From the NCBI GenBank assembly GCA_945861645.1, contig CAMAVZ010000001.1, forward strand, positions 77,606 through 141,605: a stretch of 64,000 nucleotides of DNA, given 5' to 3'. This DNA comes from Opitutus sp. GAS368 (GTDB lineage Bacteria > Verrucomicrobiota > Verrucomicrobiia > Opitutales > Opitutaceae). A model generated the notes under the pieces. The model saw nothing but the letters and a program-made list of their open reading frames with translations, was not told the DNA's origin and made no database searches. Position 1 is the stretch's first letter, and every line of letters begins with the position of its first letter. Below, piece after piece: positions 28,059 to 36,946 of this stretch. The position numbers and the translations under genes are program-made.

Positions 28059-29006
28059 CTATTGCTCTTTACCCACCATCCGCTCGGCCAGTTCCAACCC
28101 CGAAAGCGCCGCGCCTTCTACCCGCGGGCCACCCAGCGCATCCCCCGCTAAACCGAGGCCCAACTCGGGCAGCCACACACATCGCTCAGCATATGCAGTG
28201 ACTGGCTCGCTAAACTTCCAGCGCTGCAACGCCACGTTGACCACGGGCGCACCCAACCGGTCCGCCATCCCCGGCACGATCAATGCCGCTAGCTCGGCTT
28301 CTGTCTTCGCGTAGTGCTCCGCCGTAAATGATGGACTTAAATGGACCGTCACCGCCCCAGCTTTGCCCGATGAAATTCCTTTCTTGGTGTTGTCGGCGAG
28401 CCACCGCACCGGTCCCTCTGCCAGCGCTACGCCCTCGGCTGGCACCGCGCTGGCTCCGCCCAGCGTCAGCAACAGCGCCAAGCAGGGATGATAGCTCAGC
28501 CGCGCCAACGGCTCCGCCAACTCGATCGGCAAGTCCACGCCTCCCGCCTTCAACAATGCCAACGACTGTGGTAACGGTGCCGTCAGCACCACGTGGCCAG
28601 CTTGCTGCGCCAACTGATTTTCTATCGTCAGCTCCCACCCGCCAAGTTTGTGCTGCACTTTTACCACCTTCGCCTCCCGCCGCACATCGAGCCCGTCCGC
28701 CAAAAATTTTCCCAACGCATTCATGCTCGGCTGTGCGATCCAGCGATGCGCCGATGCGCCCGGCCAGGGCGCGACTACGCCGGCCGCCGCCCACTCGTTC
28801 ACCATGGATGCGAAACGCTCCGACTTCGCCGTGAAATACTGTGCGCCCGTGTCAAATACGGCTGCCTCGACCCGCTTAGTGGCCAACCGCCCGCCAAATC
28901 CACGGCTTTTTTCCAATACCACCACGTCCTTACCTCGGGCCTTTAGCGCCCGCGCCAGCAAAAGCCCAGATATGCCTGCGCCCACGACTGCGATGGTTTC
29001 ATTCAT
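28059..29006 (-). CDS. Renalase-like NAD(P)/FAD-dependent oxidoreductase
   Basis: VVGAGISG, EKSRGFGGRLATKR, FDTGAQYFT, RWKFS, AGD...VEGAALSG. Confidence 0.88.
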   Translation of the reverse strand: MNETIAVVGAGISGLLLARALKARGKDVVVLEKSRGFGGRLATKRVEAAVFDTGAQYFTAKSERFASMVNEWAAAGVVAPWPGASAHRWIAQPSMNALGKFLADGLDVRREAKVVKVQHKLGGWELTIENQLAQQAGHVVLTAPLPQSLALLKAGGVDLPIELAEPLARLSYHPCLALLLTLGGASAVPAEGVALAEGPVRWLADNTKKGISSGKAGAVTVHLSPSFTAEHYAKTEAELAALIVPGMADRLGAPVVNVALQRWKFSEPVTAYAERCVWLPELGLGLAGDALGGPRVEGAALSGLELAERMVGKEQ

Positions 29007-29126
29007 CGCGCGGTAGCCTTCCCGACCTCGCGTGGGGTGCAACGCTGATTCCGAGTCCGTGGTTTCCATGTCCGAACATTGCACTGCTCAGTCGCCGTTC
29101 GCTCGCCCCAAGCTATCGCATTCAGT

Positions 29127-29276
29127 CTAGCCGCCGTGCTTCCGCATCCGGCACGCATCCGAACAAAACTTTACCTCGTCCCACACCTTCGCCCATTTTT
29201 TCCTCCACGTAAATGGCCGACCGCAAACGACGCAGGGCTTCGTCGGTAGATCAGATTTTTTTCGCATCTTTGGCAT
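29127..29276 (-). CDS. DUF2256-family small Cys-rich protein (49 aa; absent from the ORF track)
   Basis: Manual translation MPKMRKKSDLPTKPCVVCGRPFTWRKKWAKVWDEVKFCSDACRMRKHGG*. Confidence 0.9.
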   Translation of the reverse strand: MPKMRKKSDLPTKPCVVCGRPFTWRKKWAKVWDEVKFCSDACRMRKHGG

Positions 29277-29302
29277 GGGGGCAATCCTCCGGTCTAAAGT
29301 GC

Positions 29303-30883
29303 TCAGAGCTCGCCCCGCGCCGCGGGTGCGCCGCCGTTCGTCTTGATTCTCTTGGCCTGCTCTTGAATCGCCGCCCGATTCGCTGGATTAAGGCGTGCAA
29401 TATTTTTAACCTGCAAAGCCATCCGCTGATTCCTGGCGAGCAACGGCTCGTGCCGCAGCAGGAAATCCCAATAGAGCGTTGTAAACGGGCAGGCGTCCTC
29501 GCCCACCGACTTCGCCGGATCAAATCGACACCCCGCGCAATAATTACTCATCCGGTCGATATATTTCCCGGTCGCGGCGTATGGCTTTGAGGCCATGATC
29601 CCGCCGTCGCCATACTGCGACATTCCGAGGGTGTTCGGCAGCTCGACCCACTCAACGGCATCCACATAGACGGCCAGATACCACGCGTGAACTTTTTGCG
29701 GTTCCACCCCGAGCAGCAACGCATAGAGCCCCGTGACCATTAATCGTTGGATATGATGCGCGTAGCCATGCGTCAACGTCTGGCCAATACTTTGCCGCAG
29801 GCAGTTCATCTCGCATTGCCCCGTCCAATAAAATTCCGGTAATTTTTCCTTCGCCCCCAGCGCGTTCAGCTCTTCGTAGCGCGGCATGAATTTCCAATAA
29901 ATGCCCCGCACATATTCCCGCCACCCGAGGATCTGCCGAATAAAGCCCTCTGCGCTGGCGAGGTGCACTTTCCCCTCGCGATAAGCCTGCTCCGCCGCCG
30001 CCACGACTTCGCGTGGGTTGAGCAATTTCATGTTCAGCGCCGCCGAAATCCGCGAATGAAATAGCCACGGTTCCTCTGTCCACATCGCATCCTGGAATTG
30101 CCCAAAGTTCGGCAACCGGTGCTCGATAAAATCCCGTAAGGTAGCCCGGGCATCTTCTGGCGTTACCGGCCAGGCGAACTCCGCGAGTTTGCCCGGATGG
30201 CTCGCAAACCGCTTGGCTACGAGCGCTAGTACCGCCCGCGTGGTCGCATCAGGTTTAGTTAAAAGCGGCGCCCGCAATTTTGCTGCCGCGGGTCCGCCCT
30301 GCTTGAAACTGCCCCGATTGTCGTGGTCGTAATTCCACTCGCCGCCTTCCGGCTCACCTTTTTTATCCAGGAGTACGCGATGCTGGCGCCGCACCTCGCG
30401 GTAGAAAAATTCCATCCGCAACATTTTCCGGCCTTCGGCATGCTTAGCAAAATCCGCCCGCGTCTGAAAGAAATGCCGATCGTCCCTCACCTCGAGCGGC
30501 AACACTGCCGCCTGCGCTGCCGCCGTCATGGCCGCCTGCACGCGCCACTCCCCCGCCTCCGTCATCACCAGCCGTTCGGGTCGCACCTTGGCGAGCGCTC
30601 GCGCCAACTCCCCGGCGAGCGTCTGCGTGTTCCCCGCTGCATCGAGCTCCGTATAATTGACCTTTCGCCCGAGCTTTTTTTGGGCATCGCGAAAGTGGCG
30701 CATGGCCGCCAAGAAAACTGCGATTCGTGGTTGGCTTGTCCAGACGTGTTCCGATTCCTCGGCGACCTCCGCCATCCAGATCACGTCGCGCTTCGGATCA
30801 AAGCCGTCGAGCGCTGACGAATCAGCGTCGAGCTGATCCCCGAGCACGAGCACGAGCGAACGCACCGCTGGCGCCGCGCTCAA
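29303..30883 (-). CDS. FeS-cluster bacterial cryptochrome/photolyase (PhrB/CryB-like, putative (6-4) photolyase)
   Basis: LVLGDQL, AMRHF, MEFFYR, GGEWNYDHDNR, FGQFQDAM, QILGWREY, HHIQRLM, YVDAVEWVE, and four Cys (NCL; NYCAGC; ACPF). Confidence 0.93.
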   Translation of the reverse strand: MSAAPAVRSLVLVLGDQLDADSSALDGFDPKRDVIWMAEVAEESEHVWTSQPRIAVFLAAMRHFRDAQKKLGRKVNYTELDAAGNTQTLAGELARALAKVRPERLVMTEAGEWRVQAAMTAAAQAAVLPLEVRDDRHFFQTRADFAKHAEGRKMLRMEFFYREVRRQHRVLLDKKGEPEGGEWNYDHDNRGSFKQGGPAAAKLRAPLLTKPDATTRAVLALVAKRFASHPGKLAEFAWPVTPEDARATLRDFIEHRLPNFGQFQDAMWTEEPWLFHSRISAALNMKLLNPREVVAAAEQAYREGKVHLASAEGFIRQILGWREYVRGIYWKFMPRYEELNALGAKEKLPEFYWTGQCEMNCLRQSIGQTLTHGYAHHIQRLMVTGLYALLLGVEPQKVHAWYLAVYVDAVEWVELPNTLGMSQYGDGGIMASKPYAATGKYIDRMSNYCAGCRFDPAKSVGEDACPFTTLYWDFLLRHEPLLARNQRMALQVKNIARLNPANRAAIQEQAKRIKTNGGAPAARGEL

Positions 30884-31002
30884 CGCACCACCTCCGCCAC
30901 GCCGTTCGTGGTGATAGCCATCGCCTTGCCGGCGAGCGGGCGCTCGAGCCCAGTTGAGTGCTCGGTGATGAGCCAGACAGGAGTGATGCTAGGAGTGTTC
31001 AT
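30880..31002 (-). pseudogene. Possible decayed N-terminus of an SDR oxidoreductase
   Basis: MNTPSITPVWLITEHSTGLERPLAGKA resembles the SDR pattern VWxITGxSxGxGRALA with the glycines lost; 40 aa; stop overlaps the photolyase start. Confidence 0.4.
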
Positions 31003-31674
31003 GGTGCGAAGCAAGTGGTGGGAACGGGAGGAAGATGGTAACGTTAACCGGTAGTGCCGCCAACCCCGACTCCGGCTCACCCGCCAAGTGCGCCGTGGGC
31101 GGGATGCGAGCGGTTCTTATTCGTCACCGGCAGAATCTGATTTTGGGGTGGGGGCGGATAGAAACCTGAGTTTGCATGGGCTAAGAGCATACTTAGTTTT
31201 TAGGCTACATCAAGTCCGGCTGGCCGCGCGCCAGGCCGGCGGGGCGTTAACCGAGGCCGCGCAAACAAAATCCACCGAACCGATCTGGTTTTAAGGAGGA
31301 GCTCACTTGGTCAGACCGATGAGAGCGGCAATAGCCGTTGGCTCGGACCGAACGCCTGCGTTTTGCAGCTGGGCGGCGGTTTTTTTAGATAACTGCAATG
31401 GGTCAGCTTGGATCAATCTTCTGCTAACTGCGTTGGCGCCAGATCGGCTCGGCCGATCATAACGGCAGGCCACGGGCGGCAGTTAGTAAAAGGCTGGTCC
31501 AATCTTAGGGGAACAGGCTGCGCCAGTTAATGCTGAAGTTAAGATTACGGCCTGCGATTGGTTAAACCTTGAGCGGGAGGACTTAGGGCGCGGGAGGGAA
31601 ATAGTGAAATTGGCCCTTGACGCTCTTGCCGGTCGCCGTAGGCCTATCCGTTCACAATCTTCCCGACTGCCACT

Positions 31675-31875
31675 ATGAGAGACGAATACATCCGCGAAGC
31701 CCAGAAGGTCATTCCTGACCCTAATATTTTGATCAACGTGATTTCCCGTCGCGTCAAGCAGCTCCGCCGCGGCAGCCGCCCGCTGGTCGAGTCGCTGGAA
31801 AAGCTCAGTCCTGAGGACGTCGCCCTGCGCGAGGTGATTGAAGGCAAGATTAGCTACGAGCTCCACACGGCCTAA
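31675..31875 (+). CDS. rpoZ: RNA polymerase omega subunit
   Basis: LINVISRRVKQL...VALREVIEGKI. Confidence 0.85.
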   Translation: MRDEYIREAQKVIPDPNILINVISRRVKQLRRGSRPLVESLEKLSPEDVALREVIEGKISYELHTA

Positions 31876-31907
31876 AGTAACCCTCGGGGGTTGATGTCGG
31901 ATTCTAC

Positions 31908-31939
31908 GAAGCGAGGCCTTGGCCTCGCTTCTTTTGTTT
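31908..31939 (+). terminator. Intrinsic terminator between rpoZ and smpB
   Basis: GAAGCGAGGC-CTTG-GCCTCGCTTC-TTTTGTTT. Confidence 0.8.
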
Positions 31940-31978
31940 GTCACTGCCCGTTGTCTGCCGCATCACTGTTCTTCGCCC

Positions 31979-32452
31979 ATGGCCGCCCAGTCGCATGATT
32001 CCGCCCGTTACACCGAGCTTCGCAATTCGAAGGCGCTGCGCGATTATTTCATTCACGATAAATTTGAAGCGGGGATTAAATTAGTTGGTACGGAGGTGAA
32101 GTCGATCCGGGCAGGAAAGGCGCAGATCACCGATGCCTTCGCGCGCGTGGAGAAAGGCGGCGTCTGGCTCTATGGAGCTTACATTCAGGAATACACGCAC
32201 GGCGGGCCCTCGCAGCATACCCCGCGGCGCGTGCGGCAGTTGCTCTTGCATGAAAGCGAAATTCGTAAGCTGCAGATCGCGGTGGAGACGGGTGGGAAGA
32301 CGCTGGTCGCCCTGCGGATGTATTTCAAAACGGCGCTGGTCAAGGTCGAGATCGCCACTGCTACCGGTAAAAAGCAGTTCGACAAGCGCGCGGATGTCAA
32401 AAAGCGTGAGTTGCAAATGGAAGCCCGTAAGGCCCTTAAATTTCGTCGATGA
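31979..32452 (+). CDS. smpB: SsrA-binding protein SmpB
   Basis: N.KA..DY, EAGIKLVGTEVKSIR, LLLH..EI, GKKQFDKR. Confidence 0.95.
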   Translation: MAAQSHDSARYTELRNSKALRDYFIHDKFEAGIKLVGTEVKSIRAGKAQITDAFARVEKGGVWLYGAYIQEYTHGGPSQHTPRRVRQLLLHESEIRKLQIAVETGGKTLVALRMYFKTALVKVEIATATGKKQFDKRADVKKRELQMEARKALKFRR

Positions 32453-33372
32453 AAAGAAAAACATTTCAAAGCGTTCAGGTCCGGGTGCCTGGCAGTACCT
32501 CAAATTGCGGCGCGGGCTTCGATACCCTCGGCTTGGCTCTGACGATTTATAACACGATCACGCTGACGCGCGGCGCTTGGCGGGGGGCGCGGGCGGCGAC
32601 GAAGCGCGACGCGGCTGGGCTGACGATGGCGGACGAGGCGGCGCAGTTATTCTTTGTCCGCGCGGGGGTGGAAGAGTTTGGTTATACGCTTAAAATTGTG
32701 GGCGCTGTGCCCATTTCACGCGGCTTGGGTTCCAGCGTAACTCTCCGGGCCGGCGTGGTCGCGGCGCTCAATGAATTAAGCGGGGTGCGCCTGACCAAGG
32801 ATGATCTGGGCAGTTTGGTCACGCAACTCGAGGGGCACCCCGATAATGCCACTCCCGCCGTCATTGGTGGCTTTTGCGTGGCGCGTTGCGATGCCCATAC
32901 GGGGGCATTGCTCGGCGTGCTCCGGAAGGCGATTGGGCGTGATCTTTGTTTTGTGGTGGGCTCGCCTGATCAAGAACTCGAAACCAAGAAGGCCCGAGGG
33001 ATTTTACCGAAGGAGCTGCCGTATTTTGATGCCATTAAAAGCGTGAATAGTGCAGCCTATGTGGTCGCGGCGATGGTGTCCGGGCAATATGATCGGTTGC
33101 GCGATGCCGTGTGCGATTTTCTGCATGAGCCTTACCGGTTGCCGCTGATCCCTGGCGGCAAAGCCGCGATCGACGCTGGCGTCAAAGCGGGCGCGCTGAC
33201 GGGGTGGTTGAGCGGTAGCGGCTCCAGCGTGCTCTGTGTAGCGCGACCGCGCGAGGCGGCTAAAGTTGCGCGGGCAATGGCGGCGGCTTTTGCCGCGCAT
33301 AAAGTGCCGGCGACCGTGCGGCGCTTGTTCGCTGATAATCAGGGTCTCGTGGTCGTGCAGCGGCGCGCTTGA
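32449..33372 (+). CDS. thrB: Homoserine kinase
   Basis: PGSTSNCGAGFDTLGLAL, PISRGLGSS, EGHPDN, LSGSGSS. Confidence 0.92.
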   Translation: MKRKTFQSVQVRVPGSTSNCGAGFDTLGLALTIYNTITLTRGAWRGARAATKRDAAGLTMADEAAQLFFVRAGVEEFGYTLKIVGAVPISRGLGSSVTLRAGVVAALNELSGVRLTKDDLGSLVTQLEGHPDNATPAVIGGFCVARCDAHTGALLGVLRKAIGRDLCFVVGSPDQELETKKARGILPKELPYFDAIKSVNSAAYVVAAMVSGQYDRLRDAVCDFLHEPYRLPLIPGGKAAIDAGVKAGALTGWLSGSGSSVLCVARPREAAKVARAMAAAFAAHKVPATVRRLFADNQGLVVVQRRA

Positions 33373-33382
33373 GCGAGCGCGC

Positions 33383-34312
33383 TCAATGCATCGCGATTGC
33401 GCAGGTCCCTAGTCCGCCCCGATAGAAATTGAATTGCACGTTGGGGTGATCGGCGAGGAGCGACATGGGTACGACGCTGTTCGCGATGCCGCGACTGATC
33501 ATCAAGGTCGTCAGTCGTTGCCCAAAGGGACTATCATGTGCACCGGCCTGCCAAATAGAAACCTTCTCGGCTTGCCACGTTTCCTGGGGTCCCACGGTGA
33601 TCGCTTGGGTAGGCACGAGTGAAATGTTGCCACCTCCGGAAGTACGCCCGTTTTGGGCCAGCGTGACGGGATGGAGCTCGACGACTCGCGTGCCTAATTG
33701 GCGAAATTCAGCCGGCGTCGGGGGAGCATCGCGATAGGCCCCCATCCGTTTCACGGGATCATTAAAGGCCCAGTGTTTAGTGTCGCCTTGTCCGCCTTGC
33801 ATGATGGCACAGCGGACCTGCGACCAGCTTTGAACATAGGCGGTAAAGTCGCCTTTCGGAAAGTGGAGGTTGGCCTCGGGCATGGCGAGTTCCGAACGGA
33901 TGCGGTTAAAACATAATTCGCGGTCGGCTCGTTCAAAGGAGAGGGGGTGTGTGAGTGGCACGGCCGCGCCGTTGGCGTACCATTCGTCCATCCCCCAGAA
34001 GTGAGCGTGGCGAAGTGAGAGATTGAGTTCGTTGACGAGGCGCGCCACGAGCGGCAGTTGCTCAGTCGGGCCGATGGGACCGCAGATGCCGACGGGTTGG
34101 TCGGCGGTCGCCTGACGCCAGGCCGTGATATATTCAAGCGCCTCGGCGAGGTAAAATTCTTCAAGGGTGTCGTAGAAAACAATTTTAAAGCCATCCCGCG
34201 CGAGGTTCGCCATGTCGGCGGGAGTCAATCGGGCGGCTTCCTCAATCAAGGTCTGGTCCAGCGTGGTGTAGTCCCACCAATCAGGAGCAATGGTGCTATA
34301 TTTTATAGGCAT
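33383..34312 (-). CDS. Divergent NagB/glucosamine-6-phosphate deaminase-isomerase family protein
   Basis: FWGMDEW (NagB xxDEY equivalent), GxGxxxHxAFNDP, [32 protein letters not shown]. Confidence 0.72.
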   Translation of the reverse strand: MPIKYSTIAPDWWDYTTLDQTLIEEAARLTPADMANLARDGFKIVFYDTLEEFYLAEALEYITAWRQATADQPVGICGPIGPTEQLPLVARLVNELNLSLRHAHFWGMDEWYANGAAVPLTHPLSFERADRELCFNRIRSELAMPEANLHFPKGDFTAYVQSWSQVRCAIMQGGQGDTKHWAFNDPVKRMGAYRDAPPTPAEFRQLGTRVVELHPVTLAQNGRTSGGGNISLVPTQAITVGPQETWQAEKVSIWQAGAHDSPFGQRLTTLMISRGIANSVVPMSLLADHPNVQFNFYRGGLGTCAIAMH

Positions 34313-34344
34313 AGGAAAATGGATCAGTCGTGATACCGAGCGCG

Positions 34345-35145
34345 CTATCCGATGGCCAAGCCGCGTTCGTAAGTGCGATTGACGAGATATTTTTTCCCGA
34401 GAGCGGTGCGCAGCGGATCAGCCTCGGCAGTACAAAATCCGAGGCGCGAGTGGCGCCGCCAGCCTTCCGCCCAGCGAAACTTTCCAAACTGTTTGCCTAC
34501 CGCCCGAGCCGTAGCAGTCATATTGCGCAAATAAGAATTCATGCCTTGGGCGGCTTGCAGCCAGCTTTGTTGGCTTTCGTGGTAGGCTAGTGCTGCGAGT
34601 TTCTTGGCCTGGACCGATGTTGTATTAACGTACGCTCCAGCGACAACACGACGACGCAAGCCGTCGCAGAGTCCGTGGGGCAAAGCGTGATAAACGGTGG
34701 TTTCTCCCAACCAAGCAGCGGTGCGGGGTTGGGCTGAGAAATTAGGGATCCCGCGGGCAAACGCCGCCGTGACCGCGAGTCGCGAAGTGGTGGCGTGATC
34801 CTCCATGTAGTCCTGCGGGGAATGGGTTAAAACGATTGAAGGTTTAACCGTGCGCATCACTGCCGTCAGGGCGCGTAATAAGCGCACTGAGTACACGATC
34901 TCTAAGTCATCAGTGTAGCTTTCATGATATTCTGCACCAAGCAGAGCGGCGGCTTTTTTGGCCTCACGCCGCCGAGTTCGGCGAACGGTGGCGGCGGAGT
35001 GAATGCGGCTGCCGCCATGCCCAGAAGATAAATTAAGATAGTGAATCTGATACCCAGCCGCGCGCAGGAGGAGCAGCGTACCGGCCATCATAAACTCGAT
35101 GTCATCGGGGTGCGCGGCAATCGCGATGGCAGTGGGCGGCGACAT
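34345..35145 (-). CDS. PIG-L/LmbE-family N-deacetylase
   Basis: [28 protein letters not shown]. Confidence 0.88.
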   Translation of the reverse strand: MSPPTAIAIAAHPDDIEFMMAGTLLLLRAAGYQIHYLNLSSGHGGSRIHSAATVRRTRRREAKKAAALLGAEYHESYTDDLEIVYSVRLLRALTAVMRTVKPSIVLTHSPQDYMEDHATTSRLAVTAAFARGIPNFSAQPRTAAWLGETTVYHALPHGLCDGLRRRVVAGAYVNTTSVQAKKLAALAYHESQQSWLQAAQGMNSYLRNMTATARAVGKQFGKFRWAEGWRRHSRLGFCTAEADPLRTALGKKYLVNRTYERGLAIG

Positions 35146-35203
35146 AACTGAAAGGCGATGGGGCGGAGCCTGTTTCAGTTTTTACTCTCGTTGCACGGGT
35201 TGG

Positions 35204-35452
35204 CTAAGTAATTCCATTAGCCTTGAGCAGCGCCGCAAGTTCGATCGCATCCACTTCGCCTTTGATGGTATTTAAGTGGCTGAGTACGACCATGCGATCA
35301 TCGGCGCCGCAGCTAGATATTTCGATCATCCAGTCTTCGGGCTGGGCCGCACGCACAATTACTTCGTCGCTCCAAGCGATGACTTCCGTGGCTTCAACAA
35401 AACCCTGCGTGATGCCGCGAATAAAATATTCTGCTTTGGTCCGATAGTTCAT
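35204..35452 (-). CDS. Hypothetical 82-aa acidic protein
   Basis: Protein-like composition; co-oriented between DUF1501 and PIG-L with short gaps. Confidence 0.65.
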   Translation of the reverse strand: MNYRTKAEYFIRGITQGFVEATEVIAWSDEVIVRAAQPEDWMIEISSCGADDRMVVLSHLNTIKGEVDAIELAALLKANGIT

Positions 35453-35497
35453 GCACAGATTCTTCCGTGCTAGCCTGATGCTGCCAAGTGCGAAAGT

Positions 35498-36946
35498 TTA
35501 GGCGAGCAAGCCGGGGAGAACATGGCCGTGCACGTCGGTGAGGCGGAATTGACGGCCTTGATACCGGTAAGTGAGTCGCTCGTGATTAATACCGAGCAGG
35601 TGCAGGATCGTTGCTTGCCAATCGTGAACGTGGACGGGGTCTTTAATGACATTATAGCTGAAATCATCCGTCTCACCGTAGGCGACGCCGGGTTTCACGC
35701 CGCCGCCAATCATCCAGGTGCTGTAGGCCGAACCGAGATGATCACGGCCGTGCCCATCTTTTTTGGTGACGTCGCCTTGGACAAAAACGGTGCGGCCGAA
35801 TTCACCGGCGAAAATAACTAAGGTGTCTTCGAGCAGGCCGCGTTGCTTTAAATCTTGAATGAGCGCCGATGTGGGTTGGTCGGTATCGCGGCATTGAATC
35901 TCCAGTTGCGTGGAGAGGTTGCGGTGTTGATCCCAACCGCCATGCATCAGTTGAATAAAATGCACGCCGCGTTCGGCGAGGCGACAAGCCAGCAGACAGT
36001 TGCGCGCGTAGCTGCCCGCGCGATTTACGTCGGGACCATAACTTGCGAGGGTCGCCGGCGACTCGGTCGTGAGATCCAGCAGGCCAGGCACGCTCGCTTG
36101 CATCTTGAAAGCCATTTCATACTGGGCGATGCGGGTATCCGTTTCCGGATCGCCATGTAAATCGAGCTGATGGTGATTCAGCCCAGCGATGTCATCAAGC
36201 AGCGCTCGCTTCTGGGCGCGATCAAGTCCGGGGGCATCATTTAAGTAGAGGACCGGTTCCCCTTCGCTGCGCAGACGGACGCCTTGAAATTTAGAAGGAA
36301 TAAATCCGCTGCCCCAGTAATGTTCATAGAAAAGTTGGCCGCAGGTTTTCTCGCGGTCGGAGGAGGTCATGACCACAAACGACGGCAAATCTTCGGCCAG
36401 TGAGCCTAGGCCGTAGGTGAGCCAAGAGCCCATACTCGGGCGGCCGGGAATTTGGGAACCCGTGAGACAGAAGGTGACGCCTGGGGCGTGATTGACGGCT
36501 TCAGTCCGCATGGAGCGGATCAGGCAGAGCTCGTCGGCGTGGTTGCCAATATGCGGAATGAGCGAGCTCAGCCAGCGGCCGGATTGGCCGTACTGTTTGA
36601 AAGGTTTGAGCGCCGGGAGAATCGGGAATTTTTTTTGCGTCGACGTCATCGTCGAAAGGCGCGCCCCGCTGCGTACTGATTCTGGTAATTCCTGCAGGCG
36701 GAGGGCCTCTAATCCGGGTTTATAGTCAAAGAGGTCGACTTGGGAAGGACCGCCGCCTTGCCAGAGAAGAATCACGCGCTTCGCTTTCGCTGGAAAATGC
36801 GGCAAGCCGTTACCCGAAGCAGTTAAGGCGGCTAGGGTATTGGGGGTGAGCAGTGAGCTTAGGGCGGCTGCGCCAATGCCAGTGGCGGCGCGGCCAAAAA
36901 ATTGCCGGCGCGTGAGTTGCAGGTGGGCTTCGCTAAGCGGGTTCAT
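35498..36946 (-). CDS. DUF1501-family protein with Tat signal
   Basis: TRRQFF; KAKRVI.L...GGPSQVDLFDYKP; GWDQH; GEFGRT; GRDH; GVAYGETD; RLTDVHG. Confidence 0.92.
   Translation of the reverse strand: MNPLSEAHLQLTRRQFFGRAATGIGAAALSSLLTPNTLAALTASGNGLPHFPAKAKRVILLWQGGGPSQVDLFDYKPGLEALRLQELPESVRSGARLSTMTSTQKKFPILPALKPFKQYGQSGRWLSSLIPHIGNHADELCLIRSMRTEAVNHAPGVTFCLTGSQIPGRPSMGSWLTYGLGSLAEDLPSFVVMTSSDREKTCGQLFYEHYWGSGFIPSKFQGVRLRSEGEPVLYLNDAPGLDRAQKRALLDDIAGLNHHQLDLHGDPETDTRIAQYEMAFKMQASVPGLLDLTTESPATLASYGPDVNRAGSYARNCLLACRLAERGVHFIQLMHGGWDQHRNLSTQLEIQCRDTDQPTSALIQDLKQRGLLEDTLVIFAGEFGRTVFVQGDVTKKDGHGRDHLGSAYSTWMIGGGVKPGVAYGETDDFSYNVIKDPVHVHDWQATILHLLGINHERLTYRYQGRQFRLTDVHGHVLPGLLA

Noticed and set aside
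31316-31352. Hammerhead-like CCGATGA-stem-GGAC, or ZTP-riboswitch-like fold
   Set aside because: The core nucleotides (CUGAUGA/GAAA; GACUGGCG/CGCCUGGG) are mismatched at several essential positions.
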